A model generated the notes under the pieces. That model was not told the origin of the DNA. It made no database searches and saw only the letters and a list, made by a program, of their open reading frames with translations. The translations under genes and the position numbers were made by a program. A DNA stretch of 64,000 nucleotides from an uncultured Acidobacteriota bacterium (GTDB taxonomy: Bacteria > Acidobacteriota > Vicinamibacteria > Vicinamibacterales > UBA2999): contig CAWFTF010000018.1 in the NCBI GenBank assembly GCA_963818645.1, positions 69,499 to 133,498 on the forward strand, written 5' to 3'. Shown here piece after piece: positions 21,940 to 31,692 of the stretch (its first letter is position 1; the number at the start of each line of letters is the position of its first letter).

Positions 21940-23126
21940 ATGACGCAGAGTCCCCTCATCTTTCGAAAAGGTCTCAACCTCAAGCACGAAGTCGCGCACG
22001 TGCTCGCGGAGAGTTATCACAGCGACCTCGTGGCGAGGGCCAAGGCAGCTGACTATCGATTTGAGTCCGGTCGGCTGAGCCTCTACCTCGCACGCGAGCT
22101 TGGCTTCTGCTACGGCGTCGAGCGCGCCGTTGACTACGCGTACCAGACGCGCAAGCGCTTTCCCGATCGCACGTTGTTTCTGACCGGCGAAATCATCCAC
22201 AACCCTCACGTCAACGATCAGATCCGCGCGCAGGGAATCCGCTTCCTCAGCGATCCGGGTGAATCGTTCGACGCGCTGACGCCGAACGACGTCGTGATCC
22301 TTCCAGCATTCGGAATCACCGTCGAACTGCTCCAGTCTCTCGTCGAGCGCGGATGCACACTGGTCGACACCACGTGCGGCTCGGTGCTGAACGTGTGGAA
22401 GAACGTGAAGCGATATTCCGACGAGGGCTTCACGTCGATCATTCACGGGAAGTACTGGCACGAAGAGACGCGCGCAACGGCGTCGCAGGCTCACCAGTCG
22501 GGCCGCGGCCATTTCCTCGTCGTCATCGACCGCAGCGAAGCAACAGCCGTCTGCGACTACATCAGGAATGGTGGCGATCGAACCGCGTTCCTCGAGACGT
22601 TCGAGCAGGCAATTTCACCTGGCTTCGATCCCGACAGGGATCTCGCGCGTGTCGGCTGCGCCAACCAGACGACGATGCTCAGTTCAGAGTCGCTCGAGAT
22701 TGGAGAGATGTTCAAACAGGCGATGGTCGATCGCTACGGCGATGCGGGAACTTCCCCAGCGATTCCGCGCGTTCGACACGATTTGCAGTGCAACCCAGGA
22801 TCGCCAGGACGCCATCCTGCAACTGCTCGGCGAGCGCCCGCTCGACCTGATGATCGTCCTCGGGGGCTACAACAGCAGCAACACCTGCAATCTGGCCCGG
22901 ATCTGCGCCGAGCGGGTGCCCACCTTTCATATCGCCGATCCGGACGGCCTGGCGTCGAGCCGACGAGATTCGGCACAAGCCAGTACACGGGAAGCAGGAA
23001 GTCACAAGTCGGGCGTGGTTACCGCCAGGTCAGATTGCGGTTGGGCTTACGTCTGGAGCGTCCACCCCCGATAACCTTGTCGAGGCCGTGATCCACCGGC
23101 TCGAGACCCTGGCGAACGCCTTCTGA
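21940..23126 (+). pseudogene. ispH: 4-hydroxy-3-methylbut-2-enyl diphosphate reductase (long form), split into three frames
   Basis: Contains GFCYGVERAV, TGEIIHNPHV and DTTCGSV. The sequence [15 protein letters not shown]...[13 protein letters not shown] is in the second frame and [16 protein letters not shown] in the third. The breaks are at ~22741-22750 and ~22952-22962. Stop at 23124-23126. Confidence 0.85.
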
Positions 23127-23221
23127 AAGGGCTCAAAACTCGCTCTAAACCGTGCTACGCTATGGAATTGCGTCCCGCGACCGTAAACGCGCACTCTCAA
23201 GCGGTCGTAACACAGCTAGCC

Positions 23222-23656
23222 ATGAATTCCACTGACCGGCTCGGGCGGGGAACCGTGCTGATTGCTGCTCTGCTGTTCCTCGCTGCGCCAGCCGCGGCGC
23301 AGGGGTTCAAGTGGTGGCAGTCGGACCTCTACAAACGGGAACTTGGATTGACCCCCGAACAGAGCCGTCGGCTCGAGGACGTCTTTCAGACCGCAGTGCC
23401 GACCCTCAGGGTTCAGAAGAAGGCGCTGGATCAGGCTGAAACCGAGTTCGAGCGACTCGTAGAGAAGGGTGACGACGGCGCCGTCATGGAGCAGGTCGGG
23501 CGCGTCGAAATCGCCCGCGCAGAGTTGAACAAATCCCGAACCATGATGCTGCTCCGGATGAGGCGGGCGCTGACTACCGATCAGTGGGCCAAATTTACCG
23601 CGCTGCATCAGGCCGCCGAGCGTGAACGAGCGTCGCAGGACGAGCGCAGCAAATAA
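23222..23656 (+). CDS. Periplasmic Spy/CpxP-family (LTxxQ-like) protein
   Basis: Signal peptide, LTPEQSRRLEDVF, and a helical, K/E/R-rich sequence. It sits directly upstream of the efflux operon. Confidence 0.6.
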   Translation: MNSTDRLGRGTVLIAALLFLAAPAAAQGFKWWQSDLYKRELGLTPEQSRRLEDVFQTAVPTLRVQKKALDQAETEFERLVEKGDDGAVMEQVGRVEIARAELNKSRTMMLLRMRRALTTDQWAKFTALHQAAERERASQDERSK

Positions 23657-23707
23657 CGTCGATTCGAATCCCCCGTTAACAGGACTTAACAGGTTTTACA
23701 AAGAACC

Positions 23708-25454
23708 ATGAAGACTTCGTGTGCCCTTTTGACAATCCTGACCGTCGCGGTCATGGGAACCCCCAGTGCCGCTCAGACGACGTCAGAATCGGCTCGCGTT
23801 GACCAGATCGCCCGGGAAGCGGCTCAGAAATTCAACGAAGCCCGGTTAGCCGGCAGAACCGAGACGAACGAACAGACGCGACCCACCGTTCCTCCCGCGC
23901 CACCTGGAGCGCGAGTCGAGCTGACGCTCGATAACGCGGTTGAGCGCGCGCTCGATCGCAATCTCGATCTGGCGGTCGAGCGGCTCTCGCCGCAGACGTA
24001 CGACTTCTCGCTCGCCGCACTCGATGCGACGTTCCATCCGAACCTGGTCTCCACATTCGGACTTCGCAGCCAGACGTCGTTCACCCGCAGTCAGACGGCG
24101 GGCGGCGACATCCTCAGCACCGACACGTTGACCGGCAACAACGGCGTGCAGCAGAACCTCAAGTGGGGCGGCGGCAGCTACGCGATTGGGTTCAACAACA
24201 ACCGCCAGGAGCAGTCGGACCTGTTTGCCACGCGCAATCCGGTGCTCAACTCATCGCTGACTGCGGCCTTCAGCCAACCGCTGCTGCGCAACTTCCGCAC
24301 GGACGCCGTTCGAACGCAGCTGAAGATCACGAAGATCAACCAGGAGATGTCCGAGACGTCGCTGCGCGCCACGGTGGTCCGCACGGTGGCGAACGTCCGC
24401 AACGCGTATTGGGATCTCGTCTTCGCGATTCAGGCGGAAGAAGTCGCGCAGAACTCGTTGCAGCTCGCCACCAAGCTCGTTGAAGACAACCGCGCGCGTG
24501 TCGAAGTCGGCACGCTGGCGCCACTCGACGTCACGCAAGCAGAGGCCGAGCAGGCGACACGCCGTCAGGCCGTTGCCCAGGCACGCGCCACGCATGGCAC
24601 TGCCGAACTCGCGCTCAAGCGTCTCATCGTCAACGGCACCGAGGATCCGTATTGGACGGCCAACATCGAACCGGTCGATCGCCCGACGTATACGACGGAG
24701 ACGGTCGATGTCGCTGGTGCCGTACGACGCGCACTGACCTCGCGCACCGATCTCGAGCAGTCCAAGAAGCAGATTCAGTCGAACGACGTGTCGATCCGAA
24801 GCCTGAGCGACGCGCAGTTGCCGGCCCTCGACCTGACTGCCTCCTACGGTCTCGCCGGGATCGGCGGAACCCAGTTCGTGCGGCCTCCGGGAGCAGCGCT
24901 CGGCGCGGCGCCCTCGCAGGTCATTCCGAGCGGATTCAGCGACGCATTGAGCGTGCTCTCGAACGGACGCGCGCCGACGTGGAACTTCCTGGTCAACTTC
25001 AGCTATCCGCTCGGCACGAGCCCCGCCGAGGCGGCGACCGCGCGTGCGCGTCTGCAGCAGCGTCAGACGATCGCGCAGGCCCGGCAGCTCGAACTGCAGG
25101 TTGCGACTGAGGTCACCAACGCGGCACTGCTCGTGGACGCGAACCGCGAGCGGCTCCAGGCGGCCACTGTCGGCAAAGGAACTTGCCGATCTCCGTCTCT
25201 CTGCCGAACAGAGCCGGTTCGAGGTGGGCCTCTCGACGAACTTCTTCGTTGTGCAGGCGCAGCGCGATCTGCGTGACGCCCAGAACGCCGAACTGCGCGC
25301 CCTGCTCGACTATCGGCGCGCGCAGGTGGAATTCGAGCGCGTGCAGGAAATCCCGTCGGCAGGCACTGTCGGCATTACCAACATCCAGCCCGGCAGCTCA
25401 ACGGCACCGCGTGCGAACGTGGGTGGTGGCGGCAACTTCGGTGTTGTTAACTAG
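23708..25454 (+). pseudogene. TolC-family outer membrane efflux protein, one frame break
   Basis: Signal peptide plus two OEP repeats. The tail (LADLRLSAEQSRFEVGLSTNFFVVQAQRDLRDAQN) continues in the frame of ORF 25044..25454. The switch is at ~25165-25185. Confidence 0.8.
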
Positions 25455-25490
25455 GCTGGTCATCCGGGAAAGCGGGTTCGTGTCGATCTC

Positions 25491-27113
25491 ATGAAAAAAG
25501 CGCTCATCGTTGCGGTCGCAGCGGTTGCACTCGCCGGCTCGTCGTATTACCTCGGCGTGTCCCGCAGCTCTCAGTCAGGCGAGGGTGCTGCGCAAGCCGG
25601 TGGTCCAGGGGGCGGCAGGCGCGGAGGTGGCGCCGGCGGCTTCCCGGGTGGCGGCGGCGGCTTCCGCGGTGGTGGCGGGCGCGGTCCGATGACCGTTGAA
25701 CTGGCCAAGGCGTCGCGAACGTCACTCGCCGATGAAATCACCGTCGTCGGCAATCTCATCGGCGATGCGACGGTGTCAGTGGTGCCCCGCGCGGCCGGAC
25801 GCCTTCAGGACTTGTCGGTTCGACTCGGCGATCGAGTGAGTCGCGGCATGCGGATCGCGAAGATCGAGGACTTCGAGATCGTCGAACAGGTGAAGCAGGC
25901 TGAAGCGGCGCAGGAGGTCTCGCTCGCGACGATTCGTCAGCGCGAAGCCGACCTGCAGCTCGCCGAGACCAGCGCCGAACGCTCACGCAGCCTTTTCGAG
26001 CGTCAACTGCTCCCCAAGCAGACACTCGACGACAACGAAGCGCGCTACCAGGCCGCTCTCGCGCAGCTCGATCTCGCACGCGCGCAGAACATGCAGTCGA
26101 AGGCTCGTCTCGACGAACTGCGCATCAACCTGGCGAATACCGTGATCACATCGCCGGTGAACGGCTTCGTCTCGAAGCGCGCCGTCGACCCTGGTGCGTA
26201 CGTGTCGCAGCAGACGCCAGTCGCTGATGTCGTGGACATCACGCGCGTCCGGCTGGTGGCGAACGTCGTCGAGAAAGATCTCAAGGAACTCGAGACCGGC
26301 AACCAGACTCGCGTGCAGGTCGACGCGTTTCCTGGAGAGACGTTCACGGGACGGATCGCGCGCGTCTCTCCTGTTCTCGATCCCGCGACGCGCACGGCAC
26401 CGATCGAGATCGAGATTGCGAACCCGACGTACCGGCTGAAACCAGGGATGTATGCGCGCGTCGGCATCACGACGCAAACGAAGAAGCAGGCGCTTGTGCT
26501 TCCCTCCAGTGCCGTCGTGGATCTCGGTGGTCGGCGCGGTGTGTTTCAGTTGCAGAACGAGACGGCGGTTTTCAAAACCGTCACGGTCGGATCTGAACAA
26601 GGTTTGGTCGTCGAGATCCTCGCGGGCCTTGCAGAGGGCGACGAAGTGATCTCGACCGGAGCCGGCGCGTTGCGCGACGGCGATCGGGTCGCGCTGCCTG
26701 GCGGTCGCACGGGCGGTAACGGTCGCGGTCGACGAGGTGGCGAGTCCAACGCCGCACCAGGGTCAGGCGCTGCACCGGAATCGCGCGGTGGCGCACGAGG
26801 CGAGGCGCCGGCTGGCGCCGGTGGCAACGGCCCCCAGGCACAGGGCGGCTCGCGTTCGGGTCAAGGTGCACAGGGTCAAGGCGATTCGGCCGGCGGTGAA
26901 GCCGACGCTGGTCGCGACGGGCACAGTGGCCGCCGCGGAGACGGCACGGGTGGCGAGGTCGCGCTCCGGTGGCGACGGCAGCGGACGGCGCGGTGGCAAT
27001 GGCACGACCCAGCCGTCAAGCGGCATCAGTCAGTGAACGGCCTGAGCAAGGCAGCATCGGTGGCGCCCGATTGGGCGCCGTGGTTGTCACGTCAAGTCAC
27101 GACAGAGTGCTGA
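25491..27113 (+). CDS. Efflux RND periplasmic adaptor (membrane fusion protein) with a long Gly/Arg-rich tail
   Basis: Contains a coiled-coil hairpin region, ITSPVNGFVSKR and VQVDAFPGETFTGRIARVSP. The stop at 27111-27113 is 1 nt before the pump ATG. The frame of the last ~100 codons is uncertain. Confidence 0.8.
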   Translation: MKKALIVAVAAVALAGSSYYLGVSRSSQSGEGAAQAGGPGGGRRGGGAGGFPGGGGGFRGGGGRGPMTVELAKASRTSLADEITVVGNLIGDATVSVVPRAAGRLQDLSVRLGDRVSRGMRIAKIEDFEIVEQVKQAEAAQEVSLATIRQREADLQLAETSAERSRSLFERQLLPKQTLDDNEARYQAALAQLDLARAQNMQSKARLDELRINLANTVITSPVNGFVSKRAVDPGAYVSQQTPVADVVDITRVRLVANVVEKDLKELETGNQTRVQVDAFPGETFTGRIARVSPVLDPATRTAPIEIEIANPTYRLKPGMYARVGITTQTKKQALVLPSSAVVDLGGRRGVFQLQNETAVFKTVTVGSEQGLVVEILAGLAEGDEVISTGAGALRDGDRVALPGGRTGGNGRGRRGGESNAAPGSGAAPESRGGARGEAPAGAGGNGPQAQGGSRSGQGAQGQGDSAGGEADAGRDGHSGRRGDGTGGEVALRWRRQRTARWQWHDPAVKRHQSVNGLSKAASVAPDWAPWLSRQVTTEC

Positions 27114-27114
27114 T

Positions 27115-30100
27115 ATGAGTATCCCGCGTCTCGCGATTCAACGCCCGGTCACGATGTTCATGATCAGTGCGGTCATCACGCTCCTCGGCGTGATCTCGCT
27201 GTCACGCCTTCCGGTCGATCTCATGCCGGAGTTCGAGCAGCCGACCCTCAATGTCCGCACGAGTTATGCCGGTGTCGGTCCTCTTGAAATCGAGGAACTG
27301 ATCACGCGACCGATGGAACAGGGGGTCAGCGCCGTTCCCGGCATCACGCGCGTCGAGTCGAGCTCCTCCGAAGGCAACAGCCAGATCCGACTGAACTTCG
27401 AGTGGGGTTCCGACCTGTCGGAGGCCGCCGACGAGGTGCGCACGCGCGTCGATCGCATGCGCAATCGCCTTCCCGAGGACGCCGACCCGCCGACGATCTT
27501 CAAGTTCGACTCGAATCAGCTCCCGGTCCTGCAGATCGGCATCGAGGGCGAGTACGACCCAGTCACACTTCGTGAGGTCGCGCAGAACGAGATCGCGCCG
27601 CGCTTCGAGCGCGTTGACGGCGTCGCCGCGGTGACCGTCAACGGCGGTGTCCGTCGCGAGATTCATGTCGACCTGTCCAAAGAGAAGGTTACCGCGTTGA
27701 ACCTGTCGGTGAGCCAGGTCGTCGCCGCTCTCCGCTCCGAGAATCAGAACACGCCTCTCGGCGAGATCTATCAGGGCGACTCGACCTTCCTCGTCCGCAG
27801 CCAGGGGCAGTTCCAGAGCATCGAAGACATCAAGAACATGGTGGTGATGACGCGGCAGGCCGTGCCCGTGTATCTGCGGGACATCGCCGACGTCTCGGAC
27901 ACCACTGAGCAGCGCCGCTCGTTCATGCGCATCAACGGCAAGCCCGGCATTCAGCTGCAGGTGCAGAAGCAGTCCGGCAAGAACACCGTCGCCGTGGCCA
28001 ACGCGGTACGTGCGGAAGTCGAGCGCGTCAACACGGAGGTGCCTGGCGTCAAACTCATCGTCACCCAGGACAACTCGGTCTTCATTCAGCGCGCCATCAA
28101 CAACGTCCAGGAGCACGCTGTCGTCGGCGGCATCCTCGTGGTGCTGATCATTTTTGCGTTCCTGCGCGACTTGCGCTCGACGCTGATTGTCTGCACGTCG
28201 ATCCCGGTATCGGTGATCGGAACGTTCGCGCTGCTCTACTTCGGCGGATTCACGCTGAACACGATGACGTTTGGCGGTCTGGCGCTCGGTATCGGCATGA
28301 TCGTCGACGCCGCGATCGTCGTGCTGGAGAACACGCATCGTCACCTGCACATGGGCAAGGACAAGATGACCGCCGCCATCGAAGGCAGCGAGGAAGTCTG
28401 GTCCGCCATCCTGGCGTCAACACTCACGCACATCGCCGTGTTCATCCCGCTCCTGTTCCTGTCGGGAACAGCGAGCATCATGTTCACGCAGCTATCGGTC
28501 GTCGTGATGTTCTCGCTGGCGATGTCGCTCTTCGTCGCCGTCACTATCGTGCCGGTGCTGTGCTCGCGCTGGCTGAAGACGCCTGACGAAGAGGCGCACG
28601 GCGACCGGCATCATGGCGCGCTTCTATCGCCTGAGCGAACGCTTCCTCGAAGCGATGGACGAGCAGTATCGCAAGGCGATTCACGTCGCGCTCAATCACC
28701 GGCCGTCGGTCATCGGCGTCGCCGCGGTTCTGGTCCTCGCAGCCGTGCTGATCTACCCGATGATCACCGTGGAGCTGATGCCTCAGACCGACGAGGGCGA
28801 AGTCAACATCAACGCCGAACTTGCCGTCGGGACCCGCGTCGAGCGCACCGAGGAGGCGCTGCTCCGTCTTGAAGACATGGTTCGAGAGCGCGTACCCGAA
28901 GCCGTGACCATCATCACCAACGGTGGCGGAGGCGGAAACAACTACAACGGTGGCGGCGGTGGTGGCGGCGGGAGCACCCACCGTGGGCAGATTCGCGTGA
29001 TGCTCGTCCCGCGCGATCAACGGACGCGGACCAATGAGGAGATCGCGATTGCGCTGCGGCGTGAGCTGCAGGGTCTGCCGGGCGTCGCGGTTCGAGCCAA
29101 CCCGGCCGGTGGCAACAACCAGATCATGCGGTTCCTGAGCGGTGGCGGCAACAACAACCAGGGCGGTTCGAGCCGTCTTCAGGTCGAAATCCGCGGCCAC
29201 GATCTCGACGATGCCCGCCGGGTCGCCCAGGACGTTCGCGGCGTAATGGAGGACACCCCCGGTATCGCGGATGTTCAGGTCGGACGCGAAGAAGGTCGCC
29301 CCGAAATCGCCGTGCGCGTGGACCGGCCCAAAGCCGCAATGCTCGGCATGTCGGTGGGCAGCGTGGCCACCACGATCCAGACGAACGTCGCCGGTACTGC
29401 AGCCGCTCAATTCCGCGAGCGCGGCAACGAGTACCCCGTTGTCGTTCGGCTGCGTGAAGCCGACCGGCAGGAGATCTCGGACGTCGGCGATGTGCTCCTG
29501 AGCACGCCGACCGGCCAGGTCGTGCCTGCCAAGAACGTGCTCGCCGTCAACCGTGAAGCGGGCCCGGTGCAGATCGATCGCAAGAACATGGAGCGCATGA
29601 CGCGCGTCAACGCGGAAACCGAGATCCCGATCAGCGAAGCAGTGAAGGCCGTCCAGGATCGTCTCGGCCAGGTGCGCGTGCCGCCGGATTTCGCCGTCGG
29701 CTTCGGATCGGAGATCGAGGAGCAGGCGCGTTCATTCCAGCAGCTGCAACTCGTGCTGATCCTCGCCGTGCTGCTCGTCTACGCGGTGATGGCCTCGCAG
29801 TACGAGTCGTTGCGCGACCCGTTCATCATCATGTTCTCGGTACCGGTGGCTGGAATCGGGGTCGTGCTCAGCCTGCTGCTGACCGGCACGTCGTTCAGTA
29901 TGCAGGCCTACATCGGCATCATCATGCTGGCGGGGATCGTCGTCAGCAATGCGATTCTCCTCGTCGACTACATCAACACGCTGCGGCGTCGCGATGGCAT
30001 GCCGATTCGTGAGGCGGTCGAACTCGGTGGACGCACGCGTCTGCGACCGATTCTGATGACGTCAATCGCCACGATGCTCGGTCTCGTTCCGATGGCCATC

Positions 30101-30262
30101 GGCATCGGCGAAGGCGGCGAGCTTCAGGCGCCGCTGGCGCGCGTCGTCATCGGCGGCCTGCTGACGTCAACGCTCGTCACGCTGGTGCTCGTGCCGGCCG
30201 TTTATACGCTGTTCGAAGAAGGCTGGAGCGGGATCTTCAGGAAGAGCGCGAAAGCTCACTAG
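27115..30262 (+). pseudogene. RND efflux permease (AcrB/CzcA superfamily), one frame break
   Basis: The N-terminal half is ORF 27115..28872. The C-terminal half (FYRLSERFL... through 12-TM-type segments) is ORF 28613..30262. The switch is at ~28585-28612. Confidence 0.85.
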
Positions 30263-30273
30263 GTTGTCGGGTC

Positions 30274-30307
30274 AGCTGGGGTAGTTGGGTTGCTCGCTAC
30301 CCCAGCT
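30274..30307. terminator. Hairpin between the convergent RND pump and folK genes
   Basis: Perfect 11-bp stem, agctggggtag (30274-30284) paired with ctaccccagct (30297-30307), with a 12-nt loop. An alternative pairing is ttgggttgc (30285-30293) with gcaacccag (30314-30322). Confidence 0.5.
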
Positions 30308-30326
30308 ACCCTTGCAACCCAGCCAC

Positions 30327-30785
30327 TTAGCTGCTCAATAGCCCAAGCAACTCAGACACTGTTCGCCCTGTTACCGGGTCTCGCCAGTCGGCCGCAATCT
30401 CCGCCAGCGGCTCCAGCACAAAACGACGCTCTCTGAACCGCGGATGCGGGACAACGAGATCAGCCGAATCGATGATGTCGTCATCGTACAGGATCAAATC
30501 CAGATCGAGCGTACGAGGGGCACCAGGAAACGGTCGCTCGCGGCCCAATCGCTTCTCGATGTCGAGCAGAGTGACGAGCAGATCGTGGGCCGACAGCGAC
30601 GTCTCCCCTGCGGCGGCGGCGTTGAGGAAGATGGGCTGGTCGCCGACGCCGACGGGAGCGGTGTCGTAAAAACTCGAGACGCGAAGAGACTGGATGAATG
30701 GGCGCAGCGCATCGAGCGCGGCGCGCAGATAGGCTTCGCGATCGCCGATGTTGCTGCCAAGCGCGATCGCGACCCGGATGATCGT
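30327..30785 (-). CDS. folK: 2-amino-4-hydroxy-6-hydroxymethyldihydropteridine diphosphokinase (HPPK); start codon non-canonical or unresolved
   Basis: Contains RVAIALGSNIGDREAYL, FYDTAPVG, RTLDLDLILYDD and VVPHPR. The frame opens immediately after the upstream gene's in-frame TAA (30786-30788). Only ACG/ATC/ATC codons precede the conserved first strand. Confidence 0.8.
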   Translation of the reverse strand, partial: TIIRVAIALGSNIGDREAYLRAALDALRPFIQSLRVSSFYDTAPVGVGDQPIFLNAAAAGETSLSAHDLLVTLLDIEKRLGRERPFPGAPRTLDLDLILYDDDIIDSADLVVPHPRFRERRFVLEPLAEIAADWRDPVTGRTVSELLGLLSS

Positions 30786-31292
30786 TTACTCCTGCCAGCG
30801 CTCGGGCAACACGGCGCCGACGCGCTCAGCACCGATCGTACGCTTTCCGATCACGTCTTCCATGCCCGAAGCCGCCTGCTCGAAGAGTCGCTGATGCTCG
30901 ACTGACTCACCCAGCAGAACACCGAGCATCGTGCGATGCCTCGCGTGTGTAACCGTTGCAACCTTCGGGCGCCAACGCTCGACGAACGCCGCCAGATGCC
31001 GCGCGTCGTCCGTCAGGATGTCGTGGTAGGCCGCAGCGGCTGCGTTCTTGGCCGCCTTCGGCACGGGCGGAACAGGAATCTCACTCGCGGCTGATGGCAT
31101 CGGCAGGCTCAGCTCCTCGAGCGCGGAACGAAGCCACGAGAGATGCGTCTCCTCGCGAGCGATCACGTACTGATAGGCGTTGTTGAAATCGTAGTGACTG
31201 ACGACGCGGGCACCAGCCTCGTGACGCTGAATCAGCGCCACACGATCGGCGGTGATCGCCGTCAGCAGCGATCGAAGTTCGTCCTGCTGCAC
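30786..31292 (-). CDS. Hypothetical protein (168 aa, helical)
   Basis: Uninterrupted ORF on the same strand between the dksA-like gene and folK. I recognise no family. Confidence 0.5.
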   Translation of the reverse strand: MQQDELRSLLTAITADRVALIQRHEAGARVVSHYDFNNAYQYVIAREETHLSWLRSALEELSLPMPSAASEIPVPPVPKAAKNAAAAAYHDILTDDARHLAAFVERWRPKVATVTHARHRTMLGVLLGESVEHQRLFEQAASGMEDVIGKRTIGAERVGAVLPERWQE

Positions 31293-31299
31293 GTGTACG

Positions 31300-31677
31300 T
31301 TACCCCTGCTTTTCCTTGCAGCTCTTACAGGATCGAGTCCATGGAATCGCTTTCAGCCGCGCCTCGGCGATCTCTTCGCCGCACTCCTTGCACACGCCGA
31401 ACGATCCTTCCTCGATACGACGCAGGGCGCCTTCGATCGCTTGGAGGATCTTGGCGTCGGTCTGTTTGAGCTTGAGCTGAATGTGGACTTCGTTGTTTCC
31501 CGCGGCCTGGTCGGCCATGTCGCCCTGCCTGCCGGAGTTGTTCTCCATCGTCCACTGCAGAGGCTTCGCCGCGGACCCGGCTAGCAGCTCTCCGCGCTTC
31601 TTGAGCAGCGCGTCCCGGTAAGTCGCGACGTCCATTGACTGTGGCTTCTCCTGGCGGCCTTCTTGTCCCTCGAACAA
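31300..31677 (-). CDS. DksA/TraR-family C4 zinc-finger protein
   Basis: C-terminal CKECGEEI...RSCKSCKE (CxxC-N17-CxxC) after a coiled-coil region. The start is TTG 31677 or ATG 31635. Confidence 0.8.
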   Translation of the reverse strand: MFEGQEGRQEKPQSMDVATYRDALLKKRGELLAGSAAKPLQWTMENNSGRQGDMADQAAGNNEVHIQLKLKQTDAKILQAIEGALRRIEEGSFGVCKECGEEIAEARLKAIPWTRSCKSCKEKQG

Positions 31678-31692
31678 GAGGGAATTGTACCC

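Noticed and set aside
26737-27036. Alternative frame for the MFP tail (ORF 26737..27036), suggesting another frame break
   Set aside because: Both frames give low-complexity Gly/Arg-rich sequence, so homology cannot discriminate between them. The annotated frame ends 1 nt before the pump ATG (coupling), so I kept it and flagged the uncertainty.
27202-29410. Minus-strand ORFs 27202..28350 and 28544..29410 within the RND pump gene
   Set aside because: They are antisense to a well-supported AcrB-type sequence, with low-complexity composition and no motifs.
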